DNA of 58,556 nt from a virus (taxonomy: Duplodnaviria; Caudoviricetes). Shown one piece after another: positions 20,196-29,549 of the stretch. Both the position numbers and the translations under genes were made by a program. Within the stretch, counting starts at the first letter, position 1. The number at the start of each line of letters is the position of its first letter. Under the pieces are notes generated by a model. It made no database searches. It saw only the letters and a program-made list of their open reading frames with translations, and was not told the origin of the DNA. The DNA lies in IMG/VR virus record IMGVR_UViG_3300042363_000211, positions 1 to 58,556 of that record; one strand, 5' to 3'.

Positions 20196-20794
20196 TAGTT
20201 TGCTTCCGTCCGTGAAAGCACAGAAAGATCAAGCGTAAGTTCGTTAGGGTTCTCTTCGGTTGGAACATATCGTGGTTTGCGAGTGATTGCCTCATTGAGG
20301 TTCAAGGTATACCCAAGGAAAGCCCCACAAATTGCTCTATCGCCCTTCACATATGTGATGTCCGAGAACTCTTCCCTCAACGTTGTCTCATCAAGAAGGA
20401 GATCATGATCTTCATCATCCAAAGACACAAGTGAGGCTCTATCAAGAAGGGCTGCTCTAATGACCGTGGTCAGCCTGTCCCGTGATTCTGTTGCAAGTTC
20501 AGCATGATCCTGCCTGACCCAGATGTAAGTCCTCATATTGTACGACACTCTGTACACAGGGTTAAGACCATCCACATAGTCAATTCTGGTCATTGATGGG
20601 GTTGAAAGACTCACCGTTATCACCATCGGCCAATGATCCAAAGACGGAGGCTCATACGAGAGGTACTTCTCAGGGACAGGAAGCCTGTCTGAGTCAAGGT
20701 TCCAGAGGTTCCTGTAACCAACAATCCTGTCAGGCAAGTCGGTCTCAAGATAAGAAGAGACATATTCCTTTGCTGTCCAAGGTCCAGACATCAT
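20195..20794 (-). CDS. Putative tail terminator
   Basis: Synteny (after the tail completion gene, before the sheath), size and WPMVITV motif. Confidence 0.55.
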   Translation of the reverse strand: MMSGPWTAKEYVSSYLETDLPDRIVGYRNLWNLDSDRLPVPEKYLSYEPPSLDHWPMVITVSLSTPSMTRIDYVDGLNPVYRVSYNMRTYIWVRQDHAELATESRDRLTTVIRAALLDRASLVSLDDEDHDLLLDETTLREEFSDITYVKGDRAICGAFLGYTLNLNEAITRKPRYVPTEENPNELTLDLSVLSRTEAN

Positions 20795-21273
20795 GGCAGA
20801 AGCGCCTTCAGGTCGTTGGCGTAGGAGTCAGGCACGATGTGCGCCCTAATCCTGCGAGCCATGAGATCAGCAAACCCAGGTGGTTCAAATACGATTTCGC
20901 GTTTAGGAAGATTGCCTTTGCGACTTCCGTACTGATGGAACGAGGCGATTTCGCTCTCAATAGTGAGTGTCGCATCCTTTGCGCCAACATCGCCTCTACC
21001 CATAAGGACAGCAGTTCTGAGTGTTCCGTTGTTGACGAGGATTGGGGCGAAAGGTGGTATCCCGTTCTTTGCTCGCCACGCCGAGGTAGATGGCGCAAGT
21101 GGTGCCCAGCCTCCAACCATTGACCCAGAAGAGTCAAAGTTATTGCCGAAAGCCGTACGAAGAAAGGCAATACCTTCCATGAGTGGTTCACGGTACGAAC
21201 CCATGTTCCGCCTCATTGCGGCTAGTTCGCTGGTGTCCACATCAACGTTGACCTTGATGGTCGTTGAACTCAT
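20791..21273 (-). CDS. Virion morphogenesis/tail completion protein (Mu gpG/P2 gpS-like)
   Basis: WAPLAPST...ILVNNGTLR...FHQYG...LPKR signature. Confidence 0.8.
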   Translation of the reverse strand: MSSTTIKVNVDVDTSELAAMRRNMGSYREPLMEGIAFLRTAFGNNFDSSGSMVGGWAPLAPSTSAWRAKNGIPPFAPILVNNGTLRTAVLMGRGDVGAKDATLTIESEIASFHQYGSRKGNLPKREIVFEPPGFADLMARRIRAHIVPDSYANDLKALLP

Positions 21274-21896
21274 ATTTGCTTGCGCCTCAACGGATCAAGA
21301 TTGCGTTTCTCCGCCTCGGTCAAACCAACCTCAGCGATTGTTGCTGCTCTGTTCTGGAAGTCTTTGAGACCGACGACATCGTCTGTCATGTTCTGCATCT
21401 CTCGAGCGGCCATACGCAGAATTACCTGCTTTACATGGGCATTTGGTGCCATTCCTGCGTTGTAGGTGATGACAATCTTGTCTCCAGACCAGACGGAATA
21501 GATGTCAAGACCCCATTTCCTTACGAGGTAATGGTCATTGGGTTGCAACTCCAACGGAGGGGTTCCCGCTGCACCATTGAAGGCATACACAAAGACGCTT
21601 TCAACATCAACAATGGGAGCATTTGGAAGATGCAACTGAAACGGTGGTCGTAGAACAGGAACGATTGAGTTGGCTGTATCTAGGGTTCTGTCGTAGAAAT
21701 ACGACTCCGTGTTCACCCAAAGGTTGTCCTCAGGGATTACATACGTGTAGACAAACTCGTTGACCTCTACGGGTCGGCTAAGGAAAGTCTCAACCTCAGC
21801 CTGTGCGCCAGCAAGCACGAGTTCGGCAGCGTCTTGCTGTCGGTTCGTGAGCGAACGATCCATATAGGCCGTAAGTTCTCGTACGGAGACGATCAT
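21270..21896 (-). CDS. Head-tail connector/adaptor
   Basis: AQAEVETFLSR, PIVDVESV, ITYNAG and terminal LDPLRR motifs of gp6/gp15-like adaptors. Confidence 0.7.
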   Translation of the reverse strand: MIVSVRELTAYMDRSLTNRQQDAAELVLAGAQAEVETFLSRPVEVNEFVYTYVIPEDNLWVNTESYFYDRTLDTANSIVPVLRPPFQLHLPNAPIVDVESVFVYAFNGAAGTPPLELQPNDHYLVRKWGLDIYSVWSGDKIVITYNAGMAPNAHVKQVILRMAAREMQNMTDDVVGLKDFQNRAATIAEVGLTEAEKRNLDPLRRKQI

Positions 21897-21906
21897 CTAC
21901 GACCTT

Positions 21907-22263
21907 CTACTTCTTCTTGTTGTTACGAAGCTTTGCTGCTGCTCCACGCAAGATACGCGAAAGTGCGCCACCACGACCTTGTTGGGCCTTTGGGGTGCGC
22001 GGTGCGCTTGTGTTCTTTGGTACCCGTGGTGCTTGAGGTCCTCTTGGAGTCCTTGTGGTTCCTGGGGCTGGAGGCACATTCGGCCCTGTAGCAGGAGGAC
22101 CTGTTGGTGGTGGGAAAGCTGGAGATGGTGCGTTTGGTGTCACAAGACTGTCCAAGTAATCCGTGCCATAGCCAACGGGGTTTCCGTCTCCGTCATAGAC
22201 AACGCCAGGACCGTAAATAATCGGTGCCCTCTCGGTGTCTGTTCCTCGTCTTCCTGGTGGCAT
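21907..22263 (-). CDS. Proline/arginine-rich hypothetical protein
   Basis: AAGGAG RBS 6 nt before ATG 22263; first gene of the neck/tail run. Confidence 0.55.
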   Translation of the reverse strand: MPPGRRGTDTERAPIIYGPGVVYDGDGNPVGYGTDYLDSLVTPNAPSPAFPPPTGPPATGPNVPPAPGTTRTPRGPQAPRVPKNTSAPRTPKAQQGRGGALSRILRGAAAKLRNNKKK

Positions 22264-22332
22264 ATCCAACTCCTTCGTAAGGGCTCTAGTGCTTACAACC
22301 GTACCATTGTGCAGGAGTTGGTGACGAGAAGG

Positions 22333-22887
22333 TCAGTTGTCTCTGTTGACTGGCCTCTCGAAACGCATCTCGCCGGCAATCGCTGATCCAGGCTTCGGAG
22401 CCTCTACTGGTATCCAGCCACGTGAGTAGGTGTGTTCCTTCAGGGACTTCTGCTTCACATAGGATCCGTCAGCGAGGATTTCAAACTCTTCCCTCGTCAT
22501 GACGAGAAGACTCTTCAAAGTTTGATCATCGTATTTGCGCGATGCTCTGATTGTCTTGAGAAGGTTGGATGTCTTCTTAGCAACAGACATTCCTTTGGAT
22601 CTATTCAGCCTGATGTGCATCATCATTGCGTCAACCTCATCGCAGGAAACCCAAACGACAGGAACTTCACTGCCGAATCTTGCCTGTACGCCTTTGTTGT
22701 CTTTGGCGATAACCCAACGCAGGTTCCCATCAATGATGGTTCTATCTTCGGCCCTGACGATGATTGGCTGTAGCCATCCCCAGTCGGTCATTGACTGAAT
22801 CAGCGACCTCTCATCGGGACGCAATAAATGGCTAGTAGACCATGGTGCTGGTCGTAGCGAATCAATTTCTACGGTTTCTATGTTCAC
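22333..22887 (-). CDS. ParB/Srx-domain protein (YbdM/IbrB-like)
   Basis: LIQSM..WGWLQPIIV...IIDGNLRW and HIRLNRSKG motifs; GTG 22887 overlaps the upstream TGA. Confidence 0.8.
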   Translation of the reverse strand: MNIETVEIDSLRPAPWSTSHLLRPDERSLIQSMTDWGWLQPIIVRAEDRTIIDGNLRWVIAKDNKGVQARFGSEVPVVWVSCDEVDAMMMHIRLNRSKGMSVAKKTSNLLKTIRASRKYDDQTLKSLLVMTREEFEILADGSYVKQKSLKEHTYSRGWIPVEAPKPGSAIAGEMRFERPVNRDN

Positions 22888-23681
22888 GAATCCTCGTCCA
22901 TGAAGCATCCACATGTTCCCCAATCGTCTTTGTCAAACATCTGTGGTGCATCCTCTATCTGTGTACGGAAAGCCTTCAATGTCAATGGGAAGGTTTCCTT
23001 GTTTACGGTCTTCTTGAGAATCGCAACGTTCTTTCCAAGCATTACTCGCGTCTTCTCTTCTTCTGCTTCCCATTCCAAGTATCTCGGTTTGTTCCATTCA
23101 AGCAATAGTTTCCAAGAAGCCTGTCCTCCGCGAACACAGGCCCCGCCACAGTTTGCATGACTGAAGCCCGCAGCGTAAAGACGTGGTGGTTCTATTCCCA
23201 TACTTCGGAACTTCTCCAGAAGTGCGTACTTCTCTATGTATGGCGCATCCATCATTGGTGCTTCTATCTTCCATGGAAGCCATAGTGGTTCAGCCTTCTC
23301 GAAACGATGTGGTTCTGTCCAGTCAAATCCGAGGTAGATGATTGATGACTCTGGTGGGCAGTTGTGTTTAATCCACTTGTTGAGAGCTTCTCTCTTGAGG
23401 ATTCTTGAACAGACAGCAAACCTATTGTTTGGCACAACACGCTGATCACGCCCAACCTGCATCGGGTTTCTGCCGTCTCTGATTATGATCCACTCCCATC
23501 GTGGGGAAAGTGCTTTGACCACCTCTTCGGCGAAACGCCAGTTATCTTCGTCCTCCACCATTGTGTCGGCAGTCAGCAGGACAAGCCTGTCCTCTGGTTG
23601 TGCTTGCTCCTGTACACGGAAAGCCACTTCGGCACTCCCTGCTCCTGTGGAGAACTGTACGCATCTAACTATTCCTGTCAT
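22884..23681 (-). CDS. PP-loop (PAPS reductase-like) protein with Cys motifs
   Basis: Degenerate PP-loop VQFSTGAGS; ADT..EDED, CSRILK, GFD..E..R, GFSHANCGGACV and terminal CGCF motifs; start set to ATG 23681. Confidence 0.7.
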   Translation of the reverse strand: MTGIVRCVQFSTGAGSAEVAFRVQEQAQPEDRLVLLTADTMVEDEDNWRFAEEVVKALSPRWEWIIIRDGRNPMQVGRDQRVVPNNRFAVCSRILKREALNKWIKHNCPPESSIIYLGFDWTEPHRFEKAEPLWLPWKIEAPMMDAPYIEKYALLEKFRSMGIEPPRLYAAGFSHANCGGACVRGGQASWKLLLEWNKPRYLEWEAEEEKTRVMLGKNVAILKKTVNKETFPLTLKAFRTQIEDAPQMFDKDDWGTCGCFMDEDS

Positions 23682-23685
23682 TTCT

Positions 23686-24831
23686 CTACCCTTCTGTAAG
23701 TCCTTGATTGTATGTCTGTTCGGCGGCTGCTCGCTTCTTCCAGTCCTTAGTCTTTGGCCCAACTGGTCGAGCAGAAGTGTTATGAAACTCATTCATAATT
23801 AGATTTCTAATCAGCCATGACAACGGGTAAGAAACTGGGTCAAGAATGTGTTTCTTTCTGTAGTCAGCAACAAATGCCAACGCAACCGTTCTGATCCCAG
23901 GAGTAAGCATGTTCTCGTTAATGCAACGCTTGACACCATCCCAACCCTGATCTGCGTAGTCGTCAATGTACGCATCAACATCAAACTCAGGCCACAACCT
24001 GTGCTGAGCATCAACCTGGGGAAAGCAGTCATAGAGAGTGTCAAACCATGCAGGTTCTGCTGCCGTATAGTCGCGCAACCTTCTGATACTTACTGAGTGG
24101 AGCGGGATACCGACGCGTTGTACTCCACCAACCATTGCGGCAAGGTCGTAGTACTCACACCATTCGGCACCGTGTTCTTCACTAATGAACTTCAACACGT
24201 CAGCCGATATCCAATCGTAGATAGGTTTCGCAAACATCAACGGGATTGACTTCTCAAGTTTGTATGGACGAGTGATGTAGTTCTCGTTGAGCTTGTTGAC
24301 AACAGATCTAAATCTCACCATTGACTCGTTCGCACGAACACCAGTAATGAAAGCCGTACGACCCTTCTTGCCTTGCATCGTGTAATAGTCAATTGCTTCA
24401 GGGATTGCTTGATAGTTGCTTAGACCGAAATGTCCTGCATGGATAGCCCATGGCGGCATCTCCCTAACAAGCCTTCCTTGCTGTTGGCGCATACCAGACC
24501 AAAGCAATACATATTCTCGCTTACCTAGAACCCAGCATTCTTGCCCAACCGGAAGGCAGTACCACTCCATATCAACCCAGTCGTAATTACGAACTTTGTT
24601 GATGAAATCAATAACTACTGGACTGACCATCTCTTCATCTCTGAATATGACTTTGACGGGGCCAAGACCACGCGCCTCGTGAATCTCCTTAGCGAGATAC
24701 AAAGCAGCAGTTGAGTCTTTGCCACCAGAGAACTGAACACAAACCGTGTCAAAGGTGTCGTAGATGTGTTTCATCCTCTCGCGCGCCGCGTCAACACATG
24801 ACATATCAAGAAACATTCTTTGCCTAGCCAT
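23686..24831 (-). CDS. PAPS reductase family protein (YbdN/IbrA-like)
   Basis: VQFSGGKDS PP-loop, FRDEE, WYCLP, TGVRANES..R and PIYDW motifs. Confidence 0.85.
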   Translation of the reverse strand: MARQRMFLDMSCVDAARERMKHIYDTFDTVCVQFSGGKDSTAALYLAKEIHEARGLGPVKVIFRDEEMVSPVVIDFINKVRNYDWVDMEWYCLPVGQECWVLGKREYVLLWSGMRQQQGRLVREMPPWAIHAGHFGLSNYQAIPEAIDYYTMQGKKGRTAFITGVRANESMVRFRSVVNKLNENYITRPYKLEKSIPLMFAKPIYDWISADVLKFISEEHGAEWCEYYDLAAMVGGVQRVGIPLHSVSIRRLRDYTAAEPAWFDTLYDCFPQVDAQHRLWPEFDVDAYIDDYADQGWDGVKRCINENMLTPGIRTVALAFVADYRKKHILDPVSYPLSWLIRNLIMNEFHNTSARPVGPKTKDWKKRAAAEQTYNQGLTEG

Positions 24832-25015
24832 CAGTACCTACCTCTTCATCTGCCTGTTCCCATGTCATGCCGTACACGACTTTGGGGTTGCTCTTACAGA
24901 TTCCGCATCTGCCTATTGCGTGATAACCGTGGGTCTTCCAAAGCCGGCAACATTTCGCTACCGTTTCTGGACCCCATTCATTACGAAGACGCATTCGTCC
25001 TTCACTGCTCGTCAT
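24824..25015 (-). CDS. Small Cys-rich hypothetical protein
   Basis: CC....H....CGIC; overlaps both neighbours by a few nucleotides. Confidence 0.45.
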   Translation of the reverse strand: MTSSEGRMRLRNEWGPETVAKCCRLWKTHGYHAIGRCGICKSNPKVVYGMTWEQADEEVGTDG

Positions 25016-25247
25016 GTGGCAGTTCTTTGGTTTCTTTGTTCTGAATCCATCCGCTGTAGGAGATCTTGGTTGGAAGGTTTGACGATACCGATGTTGGTAC
25101 AAACGAATACGATGCACCAGTTGGGTTGTCGTACTTCTCAACCATCTTCACCGAACCGTCAAGATTGAACTCAACTCTCTTTACTTTCGGACAAGCAGTG
25201 ACAGGGTGTTCCCCACCAAGGCAGTACTGGCATTTCTTGTCTTCCAT
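25002..25247 (-). CDS. Small Zn-binding-like hypothetical protein
   Basis: CQYC...H...CP motif; GAGG RBS before ATG 25247. Confidence 0.55.
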   Translation of the reverse strand: MEDKKCQYCLGGEHPVTACPKVKRVEFNLDGSVKMVEKYDNPTGASYSFVPTSVSSNLPTKISYSGWIQNKETKELPHDEQ

Positions 25248-25248
25248 C

Positions 25249-26025
25249 TCAAACCTCACTATGTGCGTCTATGAATGATGTGATCTTCTGTGCGATTGTG
25301 TCGCCGTCGTAACCTGGGTTGGCTCTCAACCATTTCAAGAAATCCCACCAGCGAGACATCTGCTCATGATCATCAAACACGACATTGTAGGAGAACACTG
25401 CTTGTTTCGACCCAGAGTTTCCAGTTGTTCCAGACCCTCCAGCAACGGCTAGTTTCTGATCCATTCCTGCTGGGGCAACGTATCTGTCGCTTCCATCTTC
25501 TTGGCGAACCGTATCCATTACTGGTGCTGGGTCCATTAGTACTGGCGGAATATAGGCACCTGCAGCACCGTTTGCGTTGATTGACGAGTACGACTCGTCT
25601 ACTTCGGTGCCGATGGCGGCCACTTCGTATTCGTCCCAACCGACTGCATCAAATAATTCAGGGAAGTCATACACAACATCGTTGAGAGCGGCATTTAATA
25701 GTTCTGGGTCGGTCTTTCCAAGATCTGCAACTCTGTTGTCAACCAAGGCAAACGCAAGGGCTTCAGATGTTTCCCCTTCCATCTTCACAGCAGCAACATG
25801 AGACCATCCAAGTTTCTTTACAGCCTGGAGTTGATGGTTTCCTGCCACGACGACATACCTGCCATCCTCTTGTTCTTTGATAACAATCGGCTTTAGTTGT
25901 CCGAACTGTGAATACGAAGCCATGATGGCATCGACGTTTCCAATGCGAGGGTTACCAGGGAGTGGATCAAGCAATGACACATCTACTGCTAAGTCAATTA
26001 AGTTCTGGTTGATATTGTGATTCAT
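25249..26025 (-). CDS. ParB/Srx N-terminal domain protein
   Basis: PGNPR.GN...FGQLKPIVI...VVAGNH...A...LG...ALVDNR; GGAG RBS. Confidence 0.85.
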   Translation of the reverse strand: MNHNINQNLIDLAVDVSLLDPLPGNPRIGNVDAIMASYSQFGQLKPIVIKEQEDGRYVVVAGNHQLQAVKKLGWSHVAAVKMEGETSEALAFALVDNRVADLGKTDPELLNAALNDVVYDFPELFDAVGWDEYEVAAIGTEVDESYSSINANGAAGAYIPPVLMDPAPVMDTVRQEDGSDRYVAPAGMDQKLAVAGGSGTTGNSGSKQAVFSYNVVFDDHEQMSRWWDFLKWLRANPGYDGDTIAQKITSFIDAHSEV

Positions 26026-26044
26026 CTATCTCCTTAGGTGGATG

Positions 26045-26395
26045 TCAGTTGCTCGTCTGAGCTCTAACGTTTGCGTTAATTGTGCGAAGAGCATCAATGG
26101 AAGAACGAACTGATCCAAGTTTCTCTCTCTTTGACTTGATGAGCGCATCGGCAATCTTCCACTCCATGTGGGTGTCGGCAATCTGATAGTCGGCCCATGC
26201 TTCACGTTCCTTGATTGAACCGTTAGCGGCAAGATACGCCTTCGCCCATTCCGTCTTGAAACGAACTTCTTTCTTTGCAGAGTCAATAGCGAGAGTCTCA
26301 AAGACTTCCGTCTCGCTTTCTAGATCTTCTAGAAGACGCAGGATTTCCTCTTCCACCTCTACTTGGCTGATGGGCGCGTTCCTTGAGTTCTTCAT
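26045..26395 (-). CDS. Helical hypothetical protein (possibly a UvsY-like recombination mediator)
   Basis: All-helical, about 116 aa, SIKEREAWA motif, directly after the RuvC-like gene; GAGG RBS before ATG 26395. The function is a guess. Confidence 0.45.
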   Translation of the reverse strand: MKNSRNAPISQVEVEEEILRLLEDLESETEVFETLAIDSAKKEVRFKTEWAKAYLAANGSIKEREAWADYQIADTHMEWKIADALIKSKREKLGSVRSSIDALRTINANVRAQTSN

Positions 26396-26408
26396 ATCTA
26401 CCTCAGTG

Positions 26409-26927
26409 CTATACGGACGGAAATCCCGACCAGTCAATCTTGTCTAGTGCAGCCATATTGGCTACTGGCCAATCATATTCACTTTCACCGAGGCGCGCTA
26501 GTCCCATTTGGCGTAATACCCACGCATCACACATATCGTCGGCACCTTTACCGCTCCAGACAATCCCGGTTCTGGCTGAGACAGACGAGACGACTTCGTT
26601 CTTGGATGCGTTCCCTTTGCCTGTGGCGAACTTTGCTCGGCTCGTCGGAGGAACATCAATGTATGCAACCCCCGCTTCGTAAAGGGCGAGTCTCACCACA
26701 CCACCCAACTCACCAAGTGCATGAGACTGACTGTTGCGAGAAGAGAACGAATAGCCCTCAACCACAACAATCGGGTCGTCTTGTGCGGCTACAACAAGCA
26801 TGATCCCATCACGGATGTTTGCAAGACGTTCCATGCCTTTCGTCTTTGCTTGATAAGCAAACGAACCTTCTTTGGAGCAGACCCCAGTTGATGAGAGGCT
26901 GAGGTCAAGTCCAATAACGTTAGGCAT
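26409..26927 (-). CDS. ruvC: RuvC-like Holliday junction resolvase
   Basis: IGLDLSLSSTG, VVVEGY, KFATGKGNASK and DD.CDA catalytic motifs. Confidence 0.88.
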   Translation of the reverse strand: MPNVIGLDLSLSSTGVCSKEGSFAYQAKTKGMERLANIRDGIMLVVAAQDDPIVVVEGYSFSSRNSQSHALGELGGVVRLALYEAGVAYIDVPPTSRAKFATGKGNASKNEVVSSVSARTGIVWSGKGADDMCDAWVLRQMGLARLGESEYDWPVANMAALDKIDWSGFPSV

Positions 26928-26942
26928 GTCACGATACTACCA
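26928..26942 (-). promoter_or_regulatory. Putative extended -10 element for a leaderless ruvC transcript
   Basis: TGG-TAGTAT, 6 nt before ATG 26927; no SD. Confidence 0.55.
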
Positions 26943-27016
26943 ACCGTTGTCTACGGGTTGTCGATAAATCTAAATGGTATTGTGCTTCCGTACCCCCCCA
27001 CGAAAGGACATTAAAT

Positions 27017-27367
27017 ATGTCAACAGCAGTACTCGCCCCAACAACAATCGTTCTTGGAATCCCAGGAACCCTTACAACCTCAAGCATGGTTTCAGTTGCT
27101 TTGCCTTTCAATGGCTCAATCACTGGCGCATACGTTGCAGTTGTCGGTGCTCCAGCTGGTTCAGCACTCACGGCCGATCTCAAAGTTGGCGCAAATGTCG
27201 CTGCAGCTTTCTCAATCGCAGCAGGCGGTTATGTAGATGCAGGCACACTTACAGCAGCCAATACAGACTTCGTCGCAGGTGACCTCATCAGCCTTGATGT
27301 ATCGGCAGTTGGTTCTGGCACCGCTGGTTCAAACATCACCGTAGCTTTCACAGTCGTTCAAGCCTAA
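27017..27367 (+). CDS. Small beta-rich protein, probably virion structural (decoration-like)
   Basis: Strong GAAAGGA RBS; Ala/Gly/Thr/Val-rich, with a pattern suggesting a beta-sandwich. Confidence 0.55.
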   Translation: MSTAVLAPTTIVLGIPGTLTTSSMVSVALPFNGSITGAYVAVVGAPAGSALTADLKVGANVAAAFSIAAGGYVDAGTLTAANTDFVAGDLISLDVSAVGSGTAGSNITVAFTVVQA

Positions 27368-27399
27368 GCAACAACAACAACAAAGAGAGCAGCAGCGCT

Positions 27400-28089
27400 A
27401 TGTCTGGAATTACCCCCCCATCAATCGTCAACTACGACTGGACCGTCAGACAAAGCGACCCTTCTTACCTGAATGTGTCTTTCCCATTCCGTGTCAAGAT
27501 TGAGTCAATCTGGTTCACCACTCAGCAGGTTTACGGTGCAACGGCAGGTCTTTGGCAGGGCGACGAGCAAACCGTAGATATTGAGACAACCGAACGACTA
27601 CTGCGCCTTGCAGCAGTCAAGACCAAGAACTCAAAGACACAACATAATGCACTTGACAATCCATCAGATTGGATGTTTGGCTTTGAGGATGGCGAATGGG
27701 ACTTCGTTGTTAATGAAGAACTGAAGCCAACAATGTGGCTTGGAAACCCAGATGATGCTGCTGGAAGAATTGGTACATTTGGAACACAGCAATACTTTGG
27801 CGGTGGCGTACTTGACCTCCGAAGCACAGCATCAACGCCTGTTGATAAAGCACACGCAAAGAACAACAATTGGGACGAAACGGAACACAACGCAAACACC
27901 TACCTCACGGATGTTGCCGTTATGAACACCGACGAAATCCTCCAACTGTTTGTTTATTCAGACGGCGGCGACTGGGACGGCTACGAGAATGACGCAAAGG
28001 TCACAATCTCGGTTGCTTACACTGGCATCCACGGCACAAATACACCATCGGCTTCAGCTAAGCCATGGACAGCATGGTGGAACGACTAA
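27400..28089 (+). CDS. Hypothetical protein
   Basis: 229-aa ORF in the plus-strand island; its N-terminal SFPFRVKI.SI loosely echoes the upstream protein (ALPFNGSI.GA). Confidence 0.7.
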   Translation: MSGITPPSIVNYDWTVRQSDPSYLNVSFPFRVKIESIWFTTQQVYGATAGLWQGDEQTVDIETTERLLRLAAVKTKNSKTQHNALDNPSDWMFGFEDGEWDFVVNEELKPTMWLGNPDDAAGRIGTFGTQQYFGGGVLDLRSTASTPVDKAHAKNNNWDETEHNANTYLTDVAVMNTDEILQLFVYSDGGDWDGYENDAKVTISVAYTGIHGTNTPSASAKPWTAWWND

Positions 28090-28098
28090 TATCGCCTC

Positions 28099-28752
28099 GT
28101 GGCGAAATTACCATCAACATTTGCTCTTGATACTGGAAACAAGTTAAGCGACAATTTCTTTGACATTCGTTGGATCTCATTTGATCCAAATACCCAAGCA
28201 CCGAAACGTTGGTACACCGCTGGCGAAGAACTGCCAACTGAAGACCTAACCGAATGGGGATGGGGGGAAGTTGACGCCGAAGGACGCTTGGTTGTTAAGT
28301 ATTACCGTGAGGAAGTCTTTGGGTCGGAAGACGAAATAACCAAACTCTGGTTTGTTCTTCTTGATGGTCGACATATTCAGCCAGCTCACTTTATCCTTCT
28401 TGGTTTCGCAGACGGTAGATACCCATGGGGAACCGTGATGGACGGCTCAGAGGCATCCCAAGTTCTTGAGAAGGAATACATGTCCACATGGGCTGGAATG
28501 ATCAACTGGCGCGCTGGAGACCCAATGATTCAGCAAATTACTACTGCCCCTGAATGGCGGCGTAAGAGAATCTCAGTCATGATGTTTGGCGTCTGCGATG
28601 TCGTGAACGCTTGCTACGGGTTTAGTCCCGGCATCGTTATTCATGGCGGTGCGGTCACCACGGCAGACGGCGAGAAATTGCGAGATATCTATCCTGGCGG
28701 TAGCAGTCGAATAGATGAACGCATTGGCTCAGTTGGTTCTCAAGAATCGTAG
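28099..28752 (+). CDS. Hypothetical protein with GNAT-like acetyl-CoA motif
   Basis: IQQITTAPEWRRKRIS..M and T.DG resemble GNAT motifs A/B. Confidence 0.5.
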   Translation: MAKLPSTFALDTGNKLSDNFFDIRWISFDPNTQAPKRWYTAGEELPTEDLTEWGWGEVDAEGRLVVKYYREEVFGSEDEITKLWFVLLDGRHIQPAHFILLGFADGRYPWGTVMDGSEASQVLEKEYMSTWAGMINWRAGDPMIQQITTAPEWRRKRISVMMFGVCDVVNACYGFSPGIVIHGGAVTTADGEKLRDIYPGGSSRIDERIGSVGSQES

Positions 28753-29042
28753 GCGTGCTTAGCCAAACCAAGATCAAAGGCTAGTTGCGGGTAATTACCG
28801 ATCCTGTGGTGACATTCCCTGCATACGCACATCAGATTCTCCTCGTCAAGGATTGAACCACCCTGTGATCGCCTAACTAGTTCATGGACGTCTACGGAAC
28901 GTTTCCTGACATAAGTGACCTTCTCGTCATGCGCAGCAAAGACTGGACACGCCTCGCACCAAGGTTTCTCCGAGAGAAGCTTCTCAACGAGCGGTCTCCT
29001 GAGTTTGTATTCTTGTTCCTTCTTCTTGGAACGATGCCTCAT
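28740..29042 (-). CDS. HNH endonuclease
   Basis: CEAC...HELV.RSQGG...NL..VCRECH. Confidence 0.85.
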   Translation of the reverse strand: MRHRSKKKEQEYKLRRPLVEKLLSEKPWCEACPVFAAHDEKVTYVRKRSVDVHELVRRSQGGSILDEENLMCVCRECHHRIGNYPQLAFDLGLAKHAYDS

Positions 29043-29545
29043 GCGAGGTCAATATCAATCTCGTCAAACTTCCATTCGCCGGCGAGGCTGAACCATAAGG
29101 CCCTATCGATCTCGGTCGGGTCGTAATCGGCATCAAAGGTCATTTCCTTGTGCTTCTCAATAGCCCTACGCATGAAGTCGGCAGAGGCAGCAAACTCGCT
29201 CGGTTCATCTGACTCAATAGCGTCCAGCCTGTCGCACTCGTCAAGTCTGTTCTCCACATGGAAACGGAACCTAAGAACCTTCTTCTTGCGATCGTCAGCA
29301 GAAGCCTGGGCTTCGGCGAGCAGTTTAATTCCTTCGTCACCAAAGGATCTGTAACGTTCTTTGTCGTCCTCTTGGTGTTCGTCTATCTCAACGACCTGAT
29401 CCTCAAGGTTGGCGAGGAGAACAAGGATATGTTCACGCCATCTTGAACGGTTCTCGTAAAGCCTGAGGTATTTCCTTTGCTCATCGGTAACCCTGTTCTT
29501 GACGTCCTCGGCTACTAGTCGTGCGAACGAATCCTCGTTCATCAT
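29039..29545 (-). CDS. Hypothetical protein
   Basis: 168-aa charged helical ORF coupled to its neighbours. Confidence 0.65.
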   Translation of the reverse strand: MMNEDSFARLVAEDVKNRVTDEQRKYLRLYENRSRWREHILVLLANLEDQVVEIDEHQEDDKERYRSFGDEGIKLLAEAQASADDRKKKVLRFRFHVENRLDECDRLDAIESDEPSEFAASADFMRRAIEKHKEMTFDADYDPTEIDRALWFSLAGEWKFDEIDIDLA

Positions 29546-29549
29546 GACA

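Noticed and set aside
5816-21273. Tailocin or extracellular contractile injection system interpretation
   Set aside because: Terminase, portal, capsid and head-tail adaptor genes are present, so this is a phage.
27369-27383. (CAA)5 microsatellite between two plus-strand genes
   Set aside because: Short and intergenic; most likely an unstructured A/C-rich translation leader.
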